Source of the DNA: Candidatus Omnitrophota bacterium
Lineage (GTDB): Bacteria > Omnitrophota > Gorgyraeia > Gygaellales > Profunditerraquicolaceae
Direction of reading: 5' to 3'
Length of the DNA stretch: 57,030 bases
Assembly: GCA_018897555.1 (NCBI GenBank)
Contig: JAHIKK010000023.1
Location: forward strand, 1 to 57,030
The notes beneath the pieces are model-generated. The model was not told the DNA's origin. It saw only the letters and a program-made list of their open reading frames with translations, and ran no database searches. This document shows, piece after piece, positions 39,588 to 49,592 of this stretch. Both the position numbers and the translations under genes were made by a program. Every line of letters starts with the position of its first letter. Within the stretch, counting starts at the first letter, position 1.

Positions 39588-41144
39588 ATGATTTTTAACA
39601 TAGTGCTGCCCATATTTGTTGCCCTGGTTGCCGCCTATTGCGGCTATTTCCTAAGAAAATATATCGCAGAGAAAAGAGTAAAAAGCGCCGAACTGCAAGC
39701 TGAGCATATTCTAGAGGTAGCCAAAAAAGATGTTTTGGATAAGCGCCGGGAAGCAGAATTAGAAGCTAAGGATCTTTTGCATCGTATGCGCCAGGATTTT
39801 GAACGCGAGATTAAAGATCGCCGGCTGGAGATTGTCAATCTTGAAAGAAGATTAACCCAAAAAGAAGAAAATATCGACCGCCGGATCGATCTGGTTGAGA
39901 AGAAAGAAAAAGAGATCGAACTGCGTAATGATAATCTTAAGAAGCAGGAAGAGTCTTTAAAATCAAAAGAGAACCAATTGCAGGCTTTGATTGCTGAAGA
40001 AAAAGAGCGCCTGCAGAAGATTTCCTCTTTATCCGCGGAAGAAGCAAAGCAAATTCTCCTGGGCCGTTTGAATGAAGAATTAAATAATGAAAAGGCGGTA
40101 TTTATCCGGCGTCAAGAAGAAGAGGTGCGCAGTATCGCGGATAAGAAAGCCCGTGAAATCTTAAGTTTAGCTATTCAACGCTGCGCAGCAGAGCATACCG
40201 TGGAATCAACGGTCAGCGTGGTGACCTTGCCTAATGATGAGATGAAAGGCCGGATCATCGGCCGGGAAGGAAGAAATATCCGGGCATTAGAGATGGCGAC
40301 CGGGGTAGATGTGATTATTGATGATACACCCGGAGCGGTTACTTTGTCCGGATTTGATGCTGTGCGCCGGGAGATTGCCCGCTTAAGTTTAGAGAAGCTT
40401 ATTGCTGACGGAAGAATTCATCCCGGACGGATCGAAGAAATTGTGGAAAAGACCAAGAAAGAAATGGATGAGAAGATCCGCGAGGAAGGCGAGAGGGCTG
40501 CTTTTGAGGCAGGGGTTAATGGCTTGCATCCGGAGATAATCAAGCTTTTAGGCCGGCTTAAGTATCGCACCAGCTATGGCCAGAATGCTTTGCAACATTC
40601 CAAAGAAGTTTCTTTTTTATTGGGAATCATGGCTTCAGAGTTAGGCCTGGATTTTAAGCTTGGCCGGAGAATCGGGCTCCTGCATGATATTGGTAAAGCC
40701 GTGGATCATCAGGTCGAAGGTACGCATGCTAAACTGGGCGCGGATTTGGCTAAGAAATATAATGAAAGCGCTGAGGTGGTCGCTGCGGTTGAATCGCATC
40801 ATGAAGAGGCGCCTGCGCAGAGTATGTACGCGGTTTTAGCCATTGCTGCTGATGCGGTGAGCGCCGCCCGCCCCGGAGCCAGAAGGGAAACACTGGAGAT
40901 ATATGTTAAGCGCTTGGATAAACTGGAATCTATTGCCAATCTTTTTAAGGGAGTAGAAAAATCTTTTGCCATTCAGGCAGGCCGCGAGATCCGGGTAATT
41001 GTGCAGCCGGAGAAAATAAACGATAGTGAAGCAGTGACCATGTGCAGGGATATACGTAAGAAGATTGAAGAGGGGATGGAGTATCCCGGACAGATCAAGG
41101 TTACAGTCATCCGTGAGATGCGTACGATTGAATACGCTAAATAG
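39588..41144 (+). CDS. rny: Ribonuclease Y
   Basis: N-terminal TM, coiled coil, [19 protein letters not shown]. Confidence 0.97.
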   Translation: MIFNIVLPIFVALVAAYCGYFLRKYIAEKRVKSAELQAEHILEVAKKDVLDKRREAELEAKDLLHRMRQDFEREIKDRRLEIVNLERRLTQKEENIDRRIDLVEKKEKEIELRNDNLKKQEESLKSKENQLQALIAEEKERLQKISSLSAEEAKQILLGRLNEELNNEKAVFIRRQEEEVRSIADKKAREILSLAIQRCAAEHTVESTVSVVTLPNDEMKGRIIGREGRNIRALEMATGVDVIIDDTPGAVTLSGFDAVRREIARLSLEKLIADGRIHPGRIEEIVEKTKKEMDEKIREEGERAAFEAGVNGLHPEIIKLLGRLKYRTSYGQNALQHSKEVSFLLGIMASELGLDFKLGRRIGLLHDIGKAVDHQVEGTHAKLGADLAKKYNESAEVVAAVESHHEEAPAQSMYAVLAIAADAVSAARPGARRETLEIYVKRLDKLESIANLFKGVEKSFAIQAGREIRVIVQPEKINDSEAVTMCRDIRKKIEEGMEYPGQIKVTVIREMRTIEYAK

Positions 41145-41147
41145 GCT

Positions 41148-41933
41148 ATGAAAATACTTTTTATCGGAGATATTGTCGGCAGCCCGGGCAGAGAGGCAAT
41201 GCAAAGGCTGCTTGCCCCTCTTAAGCAGGAATTAGGAATTGATTTTGTAATTGCTAATGCCGAAAATGCCTCCGGCGGTTCAGGGATTACTGCTAAGGTG
41301 GCCGATGAACTTTTTGCTTCCGGAGCGGATGTGCTTACTTCCGGAGACCATATCTGGAAGAAACCTGAGATTTTCGAGCTGATTAACCGGGAAGAAAGAA
41401 TTTTACGGCCGTTAAACTTCCCCAGCGGGGCACCGGGCCGCGGCGCAAGCGTGTTTATTGCCCAAAATGGAGTTAAGGTAGGGGTGATTAATATTAATGG
41501 CCGGGTTTTTATGGAGGCGCTGGAGTGCCCTTTTAAAGCCGCGCTTAAGGCTGCCGGGGAATTGGTAGCAGAAACTAAAATTATCATCGTAGATATACAT
41601 GCGGAAGCTACCTCTGAAAAAATAGCTTTAGGAAGGTATTTGGATGGCAAAGTTTCCGCTATTTTTGGCACGCATACACATATTCAGACTGCTGATGAAA
41701 AAATCCTCCCCCAAGGTACTGCCTATATAACCGATGTAGGGATGACCGGCCCTTATGATTCGGTGATTGGCAGAAGGGTAGAGGATGTGCTCACCCGTTT
41801 TTTAAGCTCTATTCCGGTTAGATTTCAAGTTGCCGAAGGAGATATTCAATTACATGGCGCGCTTGTAGAAATAGACGAAGTCACCGGTAAGGCGCGCTCG
41901 ATTTTAAGAATTCAGAAAAAATTAGATGATTAA
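41148..41933 (+). CDS. ymdB: YmdB-like metallophosphoesterase
   Basis: GDIVG, NAEN, GTHTH, DVGMTG; follows rny. Confidence 0.93.
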   Translation: MKILFIGDIVGSPGREAMQRLLAPLKQELGIDFVIANAENASGGSGITAKVADELFASGADVLTSGDHIWKKPEIFELINREERILRPLNFPSGAPGRGASVFIAQNGVKVGVININGRVFMEALECPFKAALKAAGELVAETKIIIVDIHAEATSEKIALGRYLDGKVSAIFGTHTHIQTADEKILPQGTAYITDVGMTGPYDSVIGRRVEDVLTRFLSSIPVRFQVAEGDIQLHGALVEIDEVTGKARSILRIQKKLDD

Positions 41934-43737
41934 AAGACTGCCGATTATCTTAGGTGGGGTTTTATTATACTTAATCTCCTTTTTGTCCTTTTCTCCGGCA
42001 GCTTCTTTTGCTCAAATTCCAGAGGAGTTAGAGTTTAGTTTAGACCTGAATTCTCCCGTAGTCAGCCTTCCGCATATATATAGATCCAGCGTGGATTTAA
42101 GCGGCCGGGGCAAGCAGCGGGATTTAACCTACCCGCAAACACTAGCTTCTACCGATGCCTTGGCTGCCTGGCAGGCGGATTTAGGTTTCCGTAATTTCTA
42201 CCGTATTCAATACAATCTTTGGGAGATCCAGCGGCTAGTTAACGACCAAGCCTCCTACCAGAAACTCCTGAGCAACTATGAAGAGATAATCAAAAAAATA
42301 AGTGACAGCGGAGGGACGGTAATTTTAGATTTATTCGGCACTCCTGATGGTTTAGGCGCGGTGCTGGATAAAAATAGTGCCCCTCACAATTTAAAAATAT
42401 ATAAAGAATTAGTTAAGAATACGATTCGTAAATTTAGTTGCGAGAAAAAATATAATATTTGGTATGAAGTTTGGAATGCCCCGGATCTCGGTGATTTCTT
42501 TTTGGGGGGGCGAGCAGAGTATTTTAATCTTTACCGTGTCATCGGTGAAGCGGTAAACGAACTGCGCCGGGAAACCAAAATACATATACCTTTGGGCGGG
42601 CCTTCGGTAAGCGCCTGGTTTAGGAATATTGAGCCCAATAATATACTTTTACCTGAACGCAGCTTAATCTATGAGTTGATAAAATATTGTTATAGCTATC
42701 GGCTGCCGCTGGATTTTATCTCCTGGCACGCCTATTCCAGCGATCCGGCAGAAGAAAAGCAGGATACAATTTATAATAAACCTTTTGTTGAGCTTATCCG
42801 CGAGTGGTTGACTTATTTTAAATTCAACAGCAATATTCCCTTGTTGGTTGATGAATGGAGTTTTGACGGCTCCGCAAATATTTTAGCCGAAAGAGCTAAA
42901 TTTGCGTATATCTCTGCCAGCTATATCCCGGGGCGTCTTAAAAATATGTATGAAGCCGGAATAGATTATCAGACATATTTCTGTCTTGAGGATTTCGGAG
43001 ATAATCAGGTTGGGGCAATCAGAAACTTAGGTATTTTTTCATTTGACCCGGCCCGGCCGGAAAATAAAGGATATGCTAAAGCTAATTATAATGTCTGGCG
43101 TATGTTTGGCCTGTTGGGCCAGGATTTATTTACTGCCAAATTTAGCGATGAATTTGTAGGAGTAATTTCTACCAAGTCGCGAGATTATTTTGCCGTACTT
43201 ATTTACAACTATATTGATCCGCAAGCGGCCATGAATTATATCTCTCATAATATAGTTTATTTAAATCCTGCGGAACAAAAAGCAATTATAAGCATTGTTA
43301 AATCTGATCGCATGAAGAAGATTATCGCCGGCCAGCTAAACCTGGCTACTTTGCGGCTAAGCGTTAAAACTAAAGGGATACTTAGCCGCGCTATAGAATT
43401 AAATATTTTAGCCAATAAATTTTCGACAACGAATCGGAAGATCAAAGTTTCTTTAAAAGGCATTAAAGATACCTACGCCTTGAGTAAATATGTGATGGAT
43501 AGTAACTGTAGCCGAAATTGCGAATTTAAACCCAGTGTTGAAAAAGACGTTGATTTTAACCAGGATTATGTTGAGGCCATGGAATTAAGCCCTTATTCAG
43601 TTCAGTTATTAATTTTTAAGAAGAAGCCGGCGGAAGTAAAGCCCGTGGAAGTTAAGCCTGAAGAGAAGCCGGCGGAAGTAAAACCCGTGGAAGTTAAGCC
43701 TGCGATTAAAGAGATAAACAATGCAGAAAATAAATAA
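41926..43737 (+). CDS. Exported GH39/clan GH-A-like protein
   Basis: Signal peptide, YEVWNAPD, LGGP, LDFISWHAYS, LLVDEW. Confidence 0.75.
   Translation: MIKRLPIILGGVLLYLISFLSFSPAASFAQIPEELEFSLDLNSPVVSLPHIYRSSVDLSGRGKQRDLTYPQTLASTDALAAWQADLGFRNFYRIQYNLWEIQRLVNDQASYQKLLSNYEEIIKKISDSGGTVILDLFGTPDGLGAVLDKNSAPHNLKIYKELVKNTIRKFSCEKKYNIWYEVWNAPDLGDFFLGGRAEYFNLYRVIGEAVNELRRETKIHIPLGGPSVSAWFRNIEPNNILLPERSLIYELIKYCYSYRLPLDFISWHAYSSDPAEEKQDTIYNKPFVELIREWLTYFKFNSNIPLLVDEWSFDGSANILAERAKFAYISASYIPGRLKNMYEAGIDYQTYFCLEDFGDNQVGAIRNLGIFSFDPARPENKGYAKANYNVWRMFGLLGQDLFTAKFSDEFVGVISTKSRDYFAVLIYNYIDPQAAMNYISHNIVYLNPAEQKAIISIVKSDRMKKIIAGQLNLATLRLSVKTKGILSRAIELNILANKFSTTNRKIKVSLKGIKDTYALSKYVMDSNCSRNCEFKPSVEKDVDFNQDYVEAMELSPYSVQLLIFKKKPAEVKPVEVKPEEKPAEVKPVEVKPAIKEINNAENK
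43623..43702 (+). repeat. 42-bp period coding repeat (KPAEVKPVEVKPEE x about 2)
   Basis: Near-identical units at 43623 and 43665. Confidence 0.85.
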
Positions 43738-44944
43738 ACATATTTATACTGTTTCTGAAATTACTCAAGTGATTAAGGGTTTACTTGAGGAGAAGGTTGG
43801 CGAGATTTGGCTGGAAGGTGAAATCTCTAACTTTAAAGCTGCTACCAGCGGGCATTTTTATTTTTCACTTAAAGATCAAGGAGCGCTTATTCTGGGGGCG
43901 ATGTTTGCTCACGCGAATAAAGGCTTAAAATTTAAGCTGGAGGATGGCCTAAAGGTTATTTGTTTTGGTAAGGTTGATGTTTACGGGCCGCGCGGACAAT
44001 ATCAGATTATTGTCGAGAGAATTCAACCCCAAGGAGTCGGCGCACAACAGTTAGCCTTTGAACAATTAAAGAAAAAATTAGACCAAGAAGGCCTGTTTGA
44101 TGCTGGCCATAAAAAGCCGCTGCCTCAAATGCCTTTTGCGGTGGGGATAGTTACTTCTATCCAGGGAGCGGCAGTTCGTGATATTCTGCAGATTCTTAAA
44201 AAAGGCGCTTCTGGCGTGGATGTGATCTTGCGTTCTGTGCGCGTGCAGGGCGAGCAGGCAGCCGGTGAAATCGCCCAGGCTATAGCGGACCTGAATAATC
44301 TTAATAATTTAGATTTAATTATTGTCAGCCGGGGGGGAGGCAGTACCGAGGACCTCTGGTCATTTAATGAGGAGATTGTGGCGCGGGCAATTTATAATTC
44401 CAGGCTTCCGGTAATCTCGGCGGTAGGCCATCAGATTAATACCACTTTATCGGATTTAGTGGCGGATGTTTTCGTAGAGACGCCATCCGCGGCAGCGAAG
44501 ATGATTGTGGATAAAAAGAATGCCTTATTAGCCCGGTTGGCCGGGTTTAGGTATGAGCTTGATCTTTCCATTAACAATACCATCGGTGATTTAAAAAATA
44601 AGCTTACTGCTTTTACGCATATGCTTAAAAGCCCGCGCGATCATTTATATGAAAAACAGCAGCAAATAGATGAATTATTTTCCGGATTAAATTACAATAT
44701 GCGGTATGCTTTAGAGCTTTCCGGCCAGCGCTCAAGCAGCCTAATTCAAAGGCTGGAAGCATTGAGCCCGCTATCGATTTTATCCCGTGGCTATAGTTTA
44801 AGCGTGTTAATGAGCCAAGGCGCAATCGTCAAAGACGCCTGTATGATAAAACCGGGAGATAAACTAAAAACAGTTTTACATAAGGGCGCATTTACCAGCG
44901 CCGTTTTGGAGGTATTTGGCGATGAGAGAAAAAACTTTATTTGA
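43721..44944 (+). CDS. xseA: Exodeoxyribonuclease VII large subunit
   Basis: GEISNF, SGHFYFSLKD, RGGGSTEDL, SAVGH, TPSAAA. Confidence 0.96.
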   Translation: MQKINKHIYTVSEITQVIKGLLEEKVGEIWLEGEISNFKAATSGHFYFSLKDQGALILGAMFAHANKGLKFKLEDGLKVICFGKVDVYGPRGQYQIIVERIQPQGVGAQQLAFEQLKKKLDQEGLFDAGHKKPLPQMPFAVGIVTSIQGAAVRDILQILKKGASGVDVILRSVRVQGEQAAGEIAQAIADLNNLNNLDLIIVSRGGGSTEDLWSFNEEIVARAIYNSRLPVISAVGHQINTTLSDLVADVFVETPSAAAKMIVDKKNALLARLAGFRYELDLSINNTIGDLKNKLTAFTHMLKSPRDHLYEKQQQIDELFSGLNYNMRYALELSGQRSSSLIQRLEALSPLSILSRGYSLSVLMSQGAIVKDACMIKPGDKLKTVLHKGAFTSAVLEVFGDERKNFI

Positions 44945-45161
44945 GGAAGATTTAAAAAAATTGCAGAAGATTGTTGAGGAGCTCTCTAGCGGAAAAATTA
45001 CTTTAGGGGAGTCGCTAAAAAAATATGAAGAAGGGGTTAAAATTGCGCAATCTTGTTCTGCGACCCTAGCGGAGGCGCAGCGCAAAGTAGAGCTGTTGAT
45101 GAAAAAAGACGGGAAAATTTCTTTAGAAAAATTTGACGACGCCGACACGGAAGATAAATAA
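44916..45161 (+). CDS. xseB: Exodeoxyribonuclease VII small subunit
   Basis: FEEDLKKLQKIVEEL...LGESLKKYEEG. Confidence 0.93.
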   Translation: MAMREKTLFEEDLKKLQKIVEELSSGKITLGESLKKYEEGVKIAQSCSATLAEAQRKVELLMKKDGKISLEKFDDADTEDK

Positions 45162-45164
45162 AAT

Positions 45165-47030
45165 ATGTTTTTAGAAAAAATAAATTCACCTCTGGATTTA
45201 AAAAAATTAAGTTTAGAGCAGCTTAGTTGCCTTAGCGCGGAGATTCGCCAGAGGCTAATCGAGGTTGTTTCTCAGACCGGCGGGCATTTGGCTTCCAGCC
45301 TGGGGGCTGTCGAGTTAATCGTGGCTTTACATTATTGCCTGGATACACCCAAAGATAAAATTATTTTTGATGTGGGGCATCAGGCTTACGCGCATAAAAT
45401 ATTAACCGGACGCAACCGCAATTTTTCTACACTTAGGCAGTATCAGGGATTAAGCGGTTTTCCTTCAAAAGATGAGTCTGTTTATGATCCCTTTACTTCC
45501 GGCCACAGCTCGAGCGCTGTTTCTTTAGGTTTAGGGCTTGCCTGCGCCAGGGATTTTTTACCTAAAGCGGAGCAATTTAAGGTAGCTTGTGTGATTGGGG
45601 ATGGATCTTTAAGCGGCGGCCTTTGTTTTGAAGGCCTAAACAATACCGGACATTTGAAAAAAGACATTTTAGTGGTTTTAAACACCAATGAATTAAGTAT
45701 CGCTCCGAATGTGGGGGCGATTAGTAATTATTTGAATAAAATTATTTCTTTACCGGTGTATAACCGTTTTCATGATAATGTGGAGAATTTTTTAAAAACC
45801 CGTGTCCCGCGCGGCAGCCGCCTGATAAAACTTATGAATAAGTTTGAAGAAGGATTAAAGGGGCTATTTGTCCCGGGTATGTTGTTCGAAGAACTGGGAT
45901 TCCGCTATTTTGGCCCTATCGATGGGCACGATTTAAGCGCCTTAACTTCTACGCTAAAAAATATTCTGGAGATTAAAGGCCCCCGCCTTTTGCATATCGT
46001 GACCAAAAAAGGCAAGGGTTGCTTGTTTGCTGAAAAAGATCCGGTAAAGTTCCATGGGATCAGCCACTTCGATATCCATACGGGTGAAGTGGTGATTAAG
46101 AAATCTTCACCGGGAGCAAAAAGCTATACGGATATATTTCGTGATAAAATAGCGCAGTTGGCCCAAAGCGATAAGCGGATTGTGGCGATTACTGCCGCCA
46201 TGCCGGAGGGAACAGGTTTGGATAAATTCCGGGATTGTTTCCCGGAAAGATTTTTTGATTGCGGTATTGCCGAAGGCCACGCGGTTTGTTTTGCTGCCGG
46301 GCTGGCCAAACAGGGGTTTAAGCCGGTAGTAGCGATATATTCTACATTCCTGCAGCGCGCCTATGATCAGATTATTCAGGATGTTGCATTACAAGGGTTG
46401 CCGGTAATCTTTGCTATTGACCGGGCGGGAATTGTGGGGGAAGATGGAGTTACCCATCAAGGTATATTTGATATTGCTTATTTAAGGAGCATCCCGAATT
46501 TGGTCATCATGGCTCCCGGGGATGGCCGGGAACTGGAGCAGATGTTAGTGTTTGCTTTGCAGTTAGATAAGCCGGTAGCTATAAGATACCCTCGCGCAGA
46601 GGTTTCTTTGGAGGTGGATCTTGCGCCCCCTTTGAAATTAGGGCAGGGGCAACTAATTACAGAGGGCAAGGATTTCATAGTCATTGCTTTAGGCAGCATG
46701 GTTGGCGAGGCCAAGAAAGCCCTGGAGATATTAAATCAGGAAGGGTTATCCGGTAGTTTAATTAATGCCCGGTTTGTTGCGCCGCTGGATATGGAATTAA
46801 TTAAAAGAGTTTGCGGGGCGAGGAAATTTATTTTTACCATTGAAGAAGGGATAAGGGATGCGGGTTTTGGCAGTGCTGTTGCCGGGCAGTTAAATAAGCC
46901 GGTGGAACGTCTCGGCCTGCCATTTGAATTTATCCCGCATGGCGCCAGAGGGTTGCTTTTGGAAAAATATAAGCTCACCTCTAGCGGGATTGCCGCGCAT
47001 ATTCGCCAGGTGATAAAAAATAATGGCTAA
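45165..47030 (+). CDS. dxs: 1-deoxy-D-xylulose-5-phosphate synthase
   Basis: GGHLASSLG, DVGHQ, GHSSS, IGDGS, GIAEGHA, AYDQ, DRAG. Confidence 0.97.
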   Translation: MFLEKINSPLDLKKLSLEQLSCLSAEIRQRLIEVVSQTGGHLASSLGAVELIVALHYCLDTPKDKIIFDVGHQAYAHKILTGRNRNFSTLRQYQGLSGFPSKDESVYDPFTSGHSSSAVSLGLGLACARDFLPKAEQFKVACVIGDGSLSGGLCFEGLNNTGHLKKDILVVLNTNELSIAPNVGAISNYLNKIISLPVYNRFHDNVENFLKTRVPRGSRLIKLMNKFEEGLKGLFVPGMLFEELGFRYFGPIDGHDLSALTSTLKNILEIKGPRLLHIVTKKGKGCLFAEKDPVKFHGISHFDIHTGEVVIKKSSPGAKSYTDIFRDKIAQLAQSDKRIVAITAAMPEGTGLDKFRDCFPERFFDCGIAEGHAVCFAAGLAKQGFKPVVAIYSTFLQRAYDQIIQDVALQGLPVIFAIDRAGIVGEDGVTHQGIFDIAYLRSIPNLVIMAPGDGRELEQMLVFALQLDKPVAIRYPRAEVSLEVDLAPPLKLGQGQLITEGKDFIVIALGSMVGEAKKALEILNQEGLSGSLINARFVAPLDMELIKRVCGARKFIFTIEEGIRDAGFGSAVAGQLNKPVERLGLPFEFIPHGARGLLLEKYKLTSSGIAAHIRQVIKNNG

Positions 47031-47271
47031 AATTATAATTAATCAGGATAGATGTAAGGGGTGTTTTTTATGCGTAAATTTTTGTCCCAAGGGTTTGATT
47101 AAGAAAAGCGTAAAATTAAATAAACAGGGTTTGAATTTTGCGGAGTTTTCCCGCCGAGGTAACTTAAATAAGGGCGGGATCCCGCCAAAAGCGGGAGATT
47201 TAACAGATTGTATCGGCTGTATGCAGTGTGTGGTAATTTGTCCGGATTGCTGTATTGAGGTAGATAAATAA
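47023..47271 (+). CDS. 2x[4Fe-4S] ferredoxin (delta subunit of 2-oxoacid oxidoreductase) with a 16-aa repeat-derived insert
   Basis: CKGCFLCVNFCP and CIGCMQCVVICP. Confidence 0.92.
   Translation: MAKIIINQDRCKGCFLCVNFCPKGLIKKSVKLNKQGLNFAEFSRRGNLNKGGIPPKAGDLTDCIGCMQCVVICPDCCIEVDK
47149..47196. repeat. In-frame 48-bp TCCCGCC/GGCGGGA double-hairpin element
   Basis: TCCCGCC-N17-GGCGGGATCCCGCC-AAAA-GCGGGA encodes SRRGNLNKGGIPPKAG. Confidence 0.85.
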
Positions 47272-47272
47272 A

Positions 47273-48334
47273 ATGAAGATATTATTAAGTGGTAATGAAG
47301 CAATTGCCCAGGGAGCAATTCAGGCAGGTTGTAGTTTTTATGCCGGCTATCCTATTACTCCGCAAAATGAAATTATTGCTTATATGGCAAAACACATGCC
47401 TAAGAAAGGTGTTTTTATCCAGGCAGAGAGCGAGTTGGCGGCGATTAATATGGTTTATGGGGCCTCTGCTGCCGGAGTAAGGGCGATGACTTCATCCTCA
47501 AGCCCGGGAATAAGCTTAAAGCAGGAAGGAATATCTTATATTGCCGGCGCGCAGCTTCCGGCGGTAATTGTCAATATTATGCGCGGCGGTCCGGGTTTGG
47601 GAAACATTGCTCCTGCGCAATCGGATTATTTTCAAGCTACGCGCGGCGGAGGGCATGGAGACTATCACTTGATCGTCTTGGCTCCGGCTTGCGTGCAAGA
47701 AGCATATGATCTAACGCAAACCGGTTTTGATTTAGCGGATAAATATCGTATCCCGGTTATGATTTTGGGTGATGGTATATTGGGCCAAATGATGGAACCA
47801 GTAGAAATCAGAAGACAGAAGACGGAAAACAGAAAACAGAAGCAGCCAATAAAACCGTGGGCGCTTACCGGTTGCAAAGGAAGAAAGCCCAATATCGTTA
47901 AATCATTTTTTCTGCGGGAAGGGGCTTTAGAGGAATTCAATCTTAAATTGCAGAAAAATTATGAAATTATCAGACAAAAAGAGGCGCGCTTCGAAGGCCT
48001 ATTCTTGTCTGATGCTAAAGTTATCCTGGTAGCTTATGGGACAATGGCGCGGATTGCTAAAAGCGCAATATTTGAGCTCAGAAAAGAAGGATATAAGATT
48101 GGATTAATCCGGCCGATCTCTCTGTGGCCTTTTCCTGTAAATGCGTTTCGTCATCCGTCAATCGTCAATCGTCATCCGTCATTTCTGGTAATAGAGATGT
48201 CTTACGGCCAGATGCTTGAGGATGTCCGGCTGGCAGTCGGCGGCAGGCAGCAAGTAGAGTTTTTTGGCCGTTCAGGAGGCGGGGTACCTACTGAAGGCCA
48301 GATTATGAACAAAGTTAAAAAAATATTATCATGA
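47273..48334 (+). CDS. 2-oxoacid:ferredoxin oxidoreductase alpha subunit (Vor-type)
   Basis: GNEAIA, YPITPQ, QAESE, SSSPG, RGGPGLG. Confidence 0.92.
   Translation: MKILLSGNEAIAQGAIQAGCSFYAGYPITPQNEIIAYMAKHMPKKGVFIQAESELAAINMVYGASAAGVRAMTSSSSPGISLKQEGISYIAGAQLPAVIVNIMRGGPGLGNIAPAQSDYFQATRGGGHGDYHLIVLAPACVQEAYDLTQTGFDLADKYRIPVMILGDGILGQMMEPVEIRRQKTENRKQKQPIKPWALTGCKGRKPNIVKSFFLREGALEEFNLKLQKNYEIIRQKEARFEGLFLSDAKVILVAYGTMARIAKSAIFELRKEGYKIGLIRPISLWPFPVNAFRHPSIVNRHPSFLVIEMSYGQMLEDVRLAVGGRQQVEFFGRSGGGVPTEGQIMNKVKKILS
47809..47843 (+). repeat. Five coding heptamers C(A/G)GAA(G/A)(A/C)
   Basis: CAGAAGA CAGAAGA CGGAAAA CAGAAAA CAGAAGC. Confidence 0.8.
48149..48183 (+). repeat. Five coding heptamers CGTCA(T/A)(C/T)
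   Basis: CGTCATC CGTCAAT CGTCAAT CGTCATC CGTCATT, encoding RHPSIVNRHPS. Confidence 0.85.
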
Positions 48335-49059
48335 AAAAAACATTTAAACACTGCCAATCTTTATATGATCTGCCTACGCATTATTGTCCGGGTTGCGGAC
48401 ATGGCATTGCGCACCGGTTGGTGGCGGAGGTAGTCCAGGAGTTAGGGATTAGAGAGAAAACTATCGGTATTGCCCCGGTAGGTTGCGCGGTGGTAGCTTA
48501 TGATTATTGGAATTTTGATTGTTCAGAGGCAGCGCATGGCCGGGCGCTAGCGGTAGCTACTGCCATAAAAAGAGTACATCCGCGGAATATTGTTTTTACT
48601 TATCAAGGAGACGGGGATTTAGCGGCGATTGGCACTAATGAGACTATTCATGCGGCAAATCGCGGAGAAAATCTCTCCGTAGTTTTTATCAATAACGCGG
48701 TATATGGCATGACCGGAGGACAGCTAGCTCCCACTACGCTTTTAGGCCAGAAAACCTCTACCTCGATTGAGGGGAGAGAAAAAAAAGCTCACGGTTATCC
48801 TTTAAAAATATCTGAGATGCTGGCATTATTGCCGGGCGTCTGCTATATCGAGCGGGTTTCTTTACACAGCCCCCCGGAAGTGTTAAAAGCTAAACGCGCA
48901 ATTAAGCAGGCATTTGAAAATCAAATCCACAATTTAGGGTTTTCTTTAGTGGAAATACTTTCTCCCTGCCCGACTTATTGGGGGTTGGCCCCTAAGGAAT
49001 CATTGGATTGGATCAGGGATGTTATGCAGAAAGAATTTCCCTTGGGAAGGATTAAATGA
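48331..49059 (+). CDS. 2-oxoacid:ferredoxin oxidoreductase beta subunit (TPP-binding)
   Basis: YCPGCGH, GDGD...NN, YGMTGGQ, SPCP. Confidence 0.92.
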   Translation: MKKTFKHCQSLYDLPTHYCPGCGHGIAHRLVAEVVQELGIREKTIGIAPVGCAVVAYDYWNFDCSEAAHGRALAVATAIKRVHPRNIVFTYQGDGDLAAIGTNETIHAANRGENLSVVFINNAVYGMTGGQLAPTTLLGQKTSTSIEGREKKAHGYPLKISEMLALLPGVCYIERVSLHSPPEVLKAKRAIKQAFENQIHNLGFSLVEILSPCPTYWGLAPKESLDWIRDVMQKEFPLGRIK

Positions 49060-49592
49060 TCGAGCGGATAATCATCGCCGGTAGCGGCGGCCAGGGAGTA
49101 ATGCTTTTGGGTAAGGTTTTAGCGCAAACCGCCATGCTTGAAGGTAGGCAGGTTAGTTGGTTTCCGGCTTATGGCCCGGAGGTACGCGGAGGGACCAGCT
49201 ATTGCATGGTGACTATCTCCGATTCCGAGATCGGATCACCTTATATCACCGGAGCGGATACACTTATAATTTTAAATCGCCATTCTTTAGAAAAATTTAT
49301 AGGTAAGCTCAAAGGAGGAGGGCTGTTGATTCTTAATTCTTCTTTAGCCAAAATTAATGCGCAGGCCAAGATAAAGGTATTGGTATTTCCGTTCACGGAT
49401 ATGGCCATAAAATTAGGTAACATTAAAGTCGCCAATATGGTAGCATTGGGTTGTTTTGCCGCGGCTAAGAAAATTATAAAGGTTAAAAATATTTTAAAAG
49501 TGTTTAAATCTATCGCTCCCGCCGGTAATTTAAAAATTTTAGAGGTTAATCAGCAAGCTTTAGCAGAAGGGCAGAAGTTAAATTATGGTTAG
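49056..49592 (+). CDS. 2-oxoacid:ferredoxin oxidoreductase gamma subunit
   Basis: AGSGGQG, YGPEVRGG, NMVALG. Confidence 0.92.
   Translation: MIERIIIAGSGGQGVMLLGKVLAQTAMLEGRQVSWFPAYGPEVRGGTSYCMVTISDSEIGSPYITGADTLIILNRHSLEKFIGKLKGGGLLILNSSLAKINAQAKIKVLVFPFTDMAIKLGNIKVANMVALGCFAAAKKIIKVKNILKVFKSIAPAGNLKILEVNQQALAEGQKLNYG

Noticed and set aside
44916-45165. ispA missing between xseB and dxs
   Set aside because: This gene order is variable across bacteria; low information
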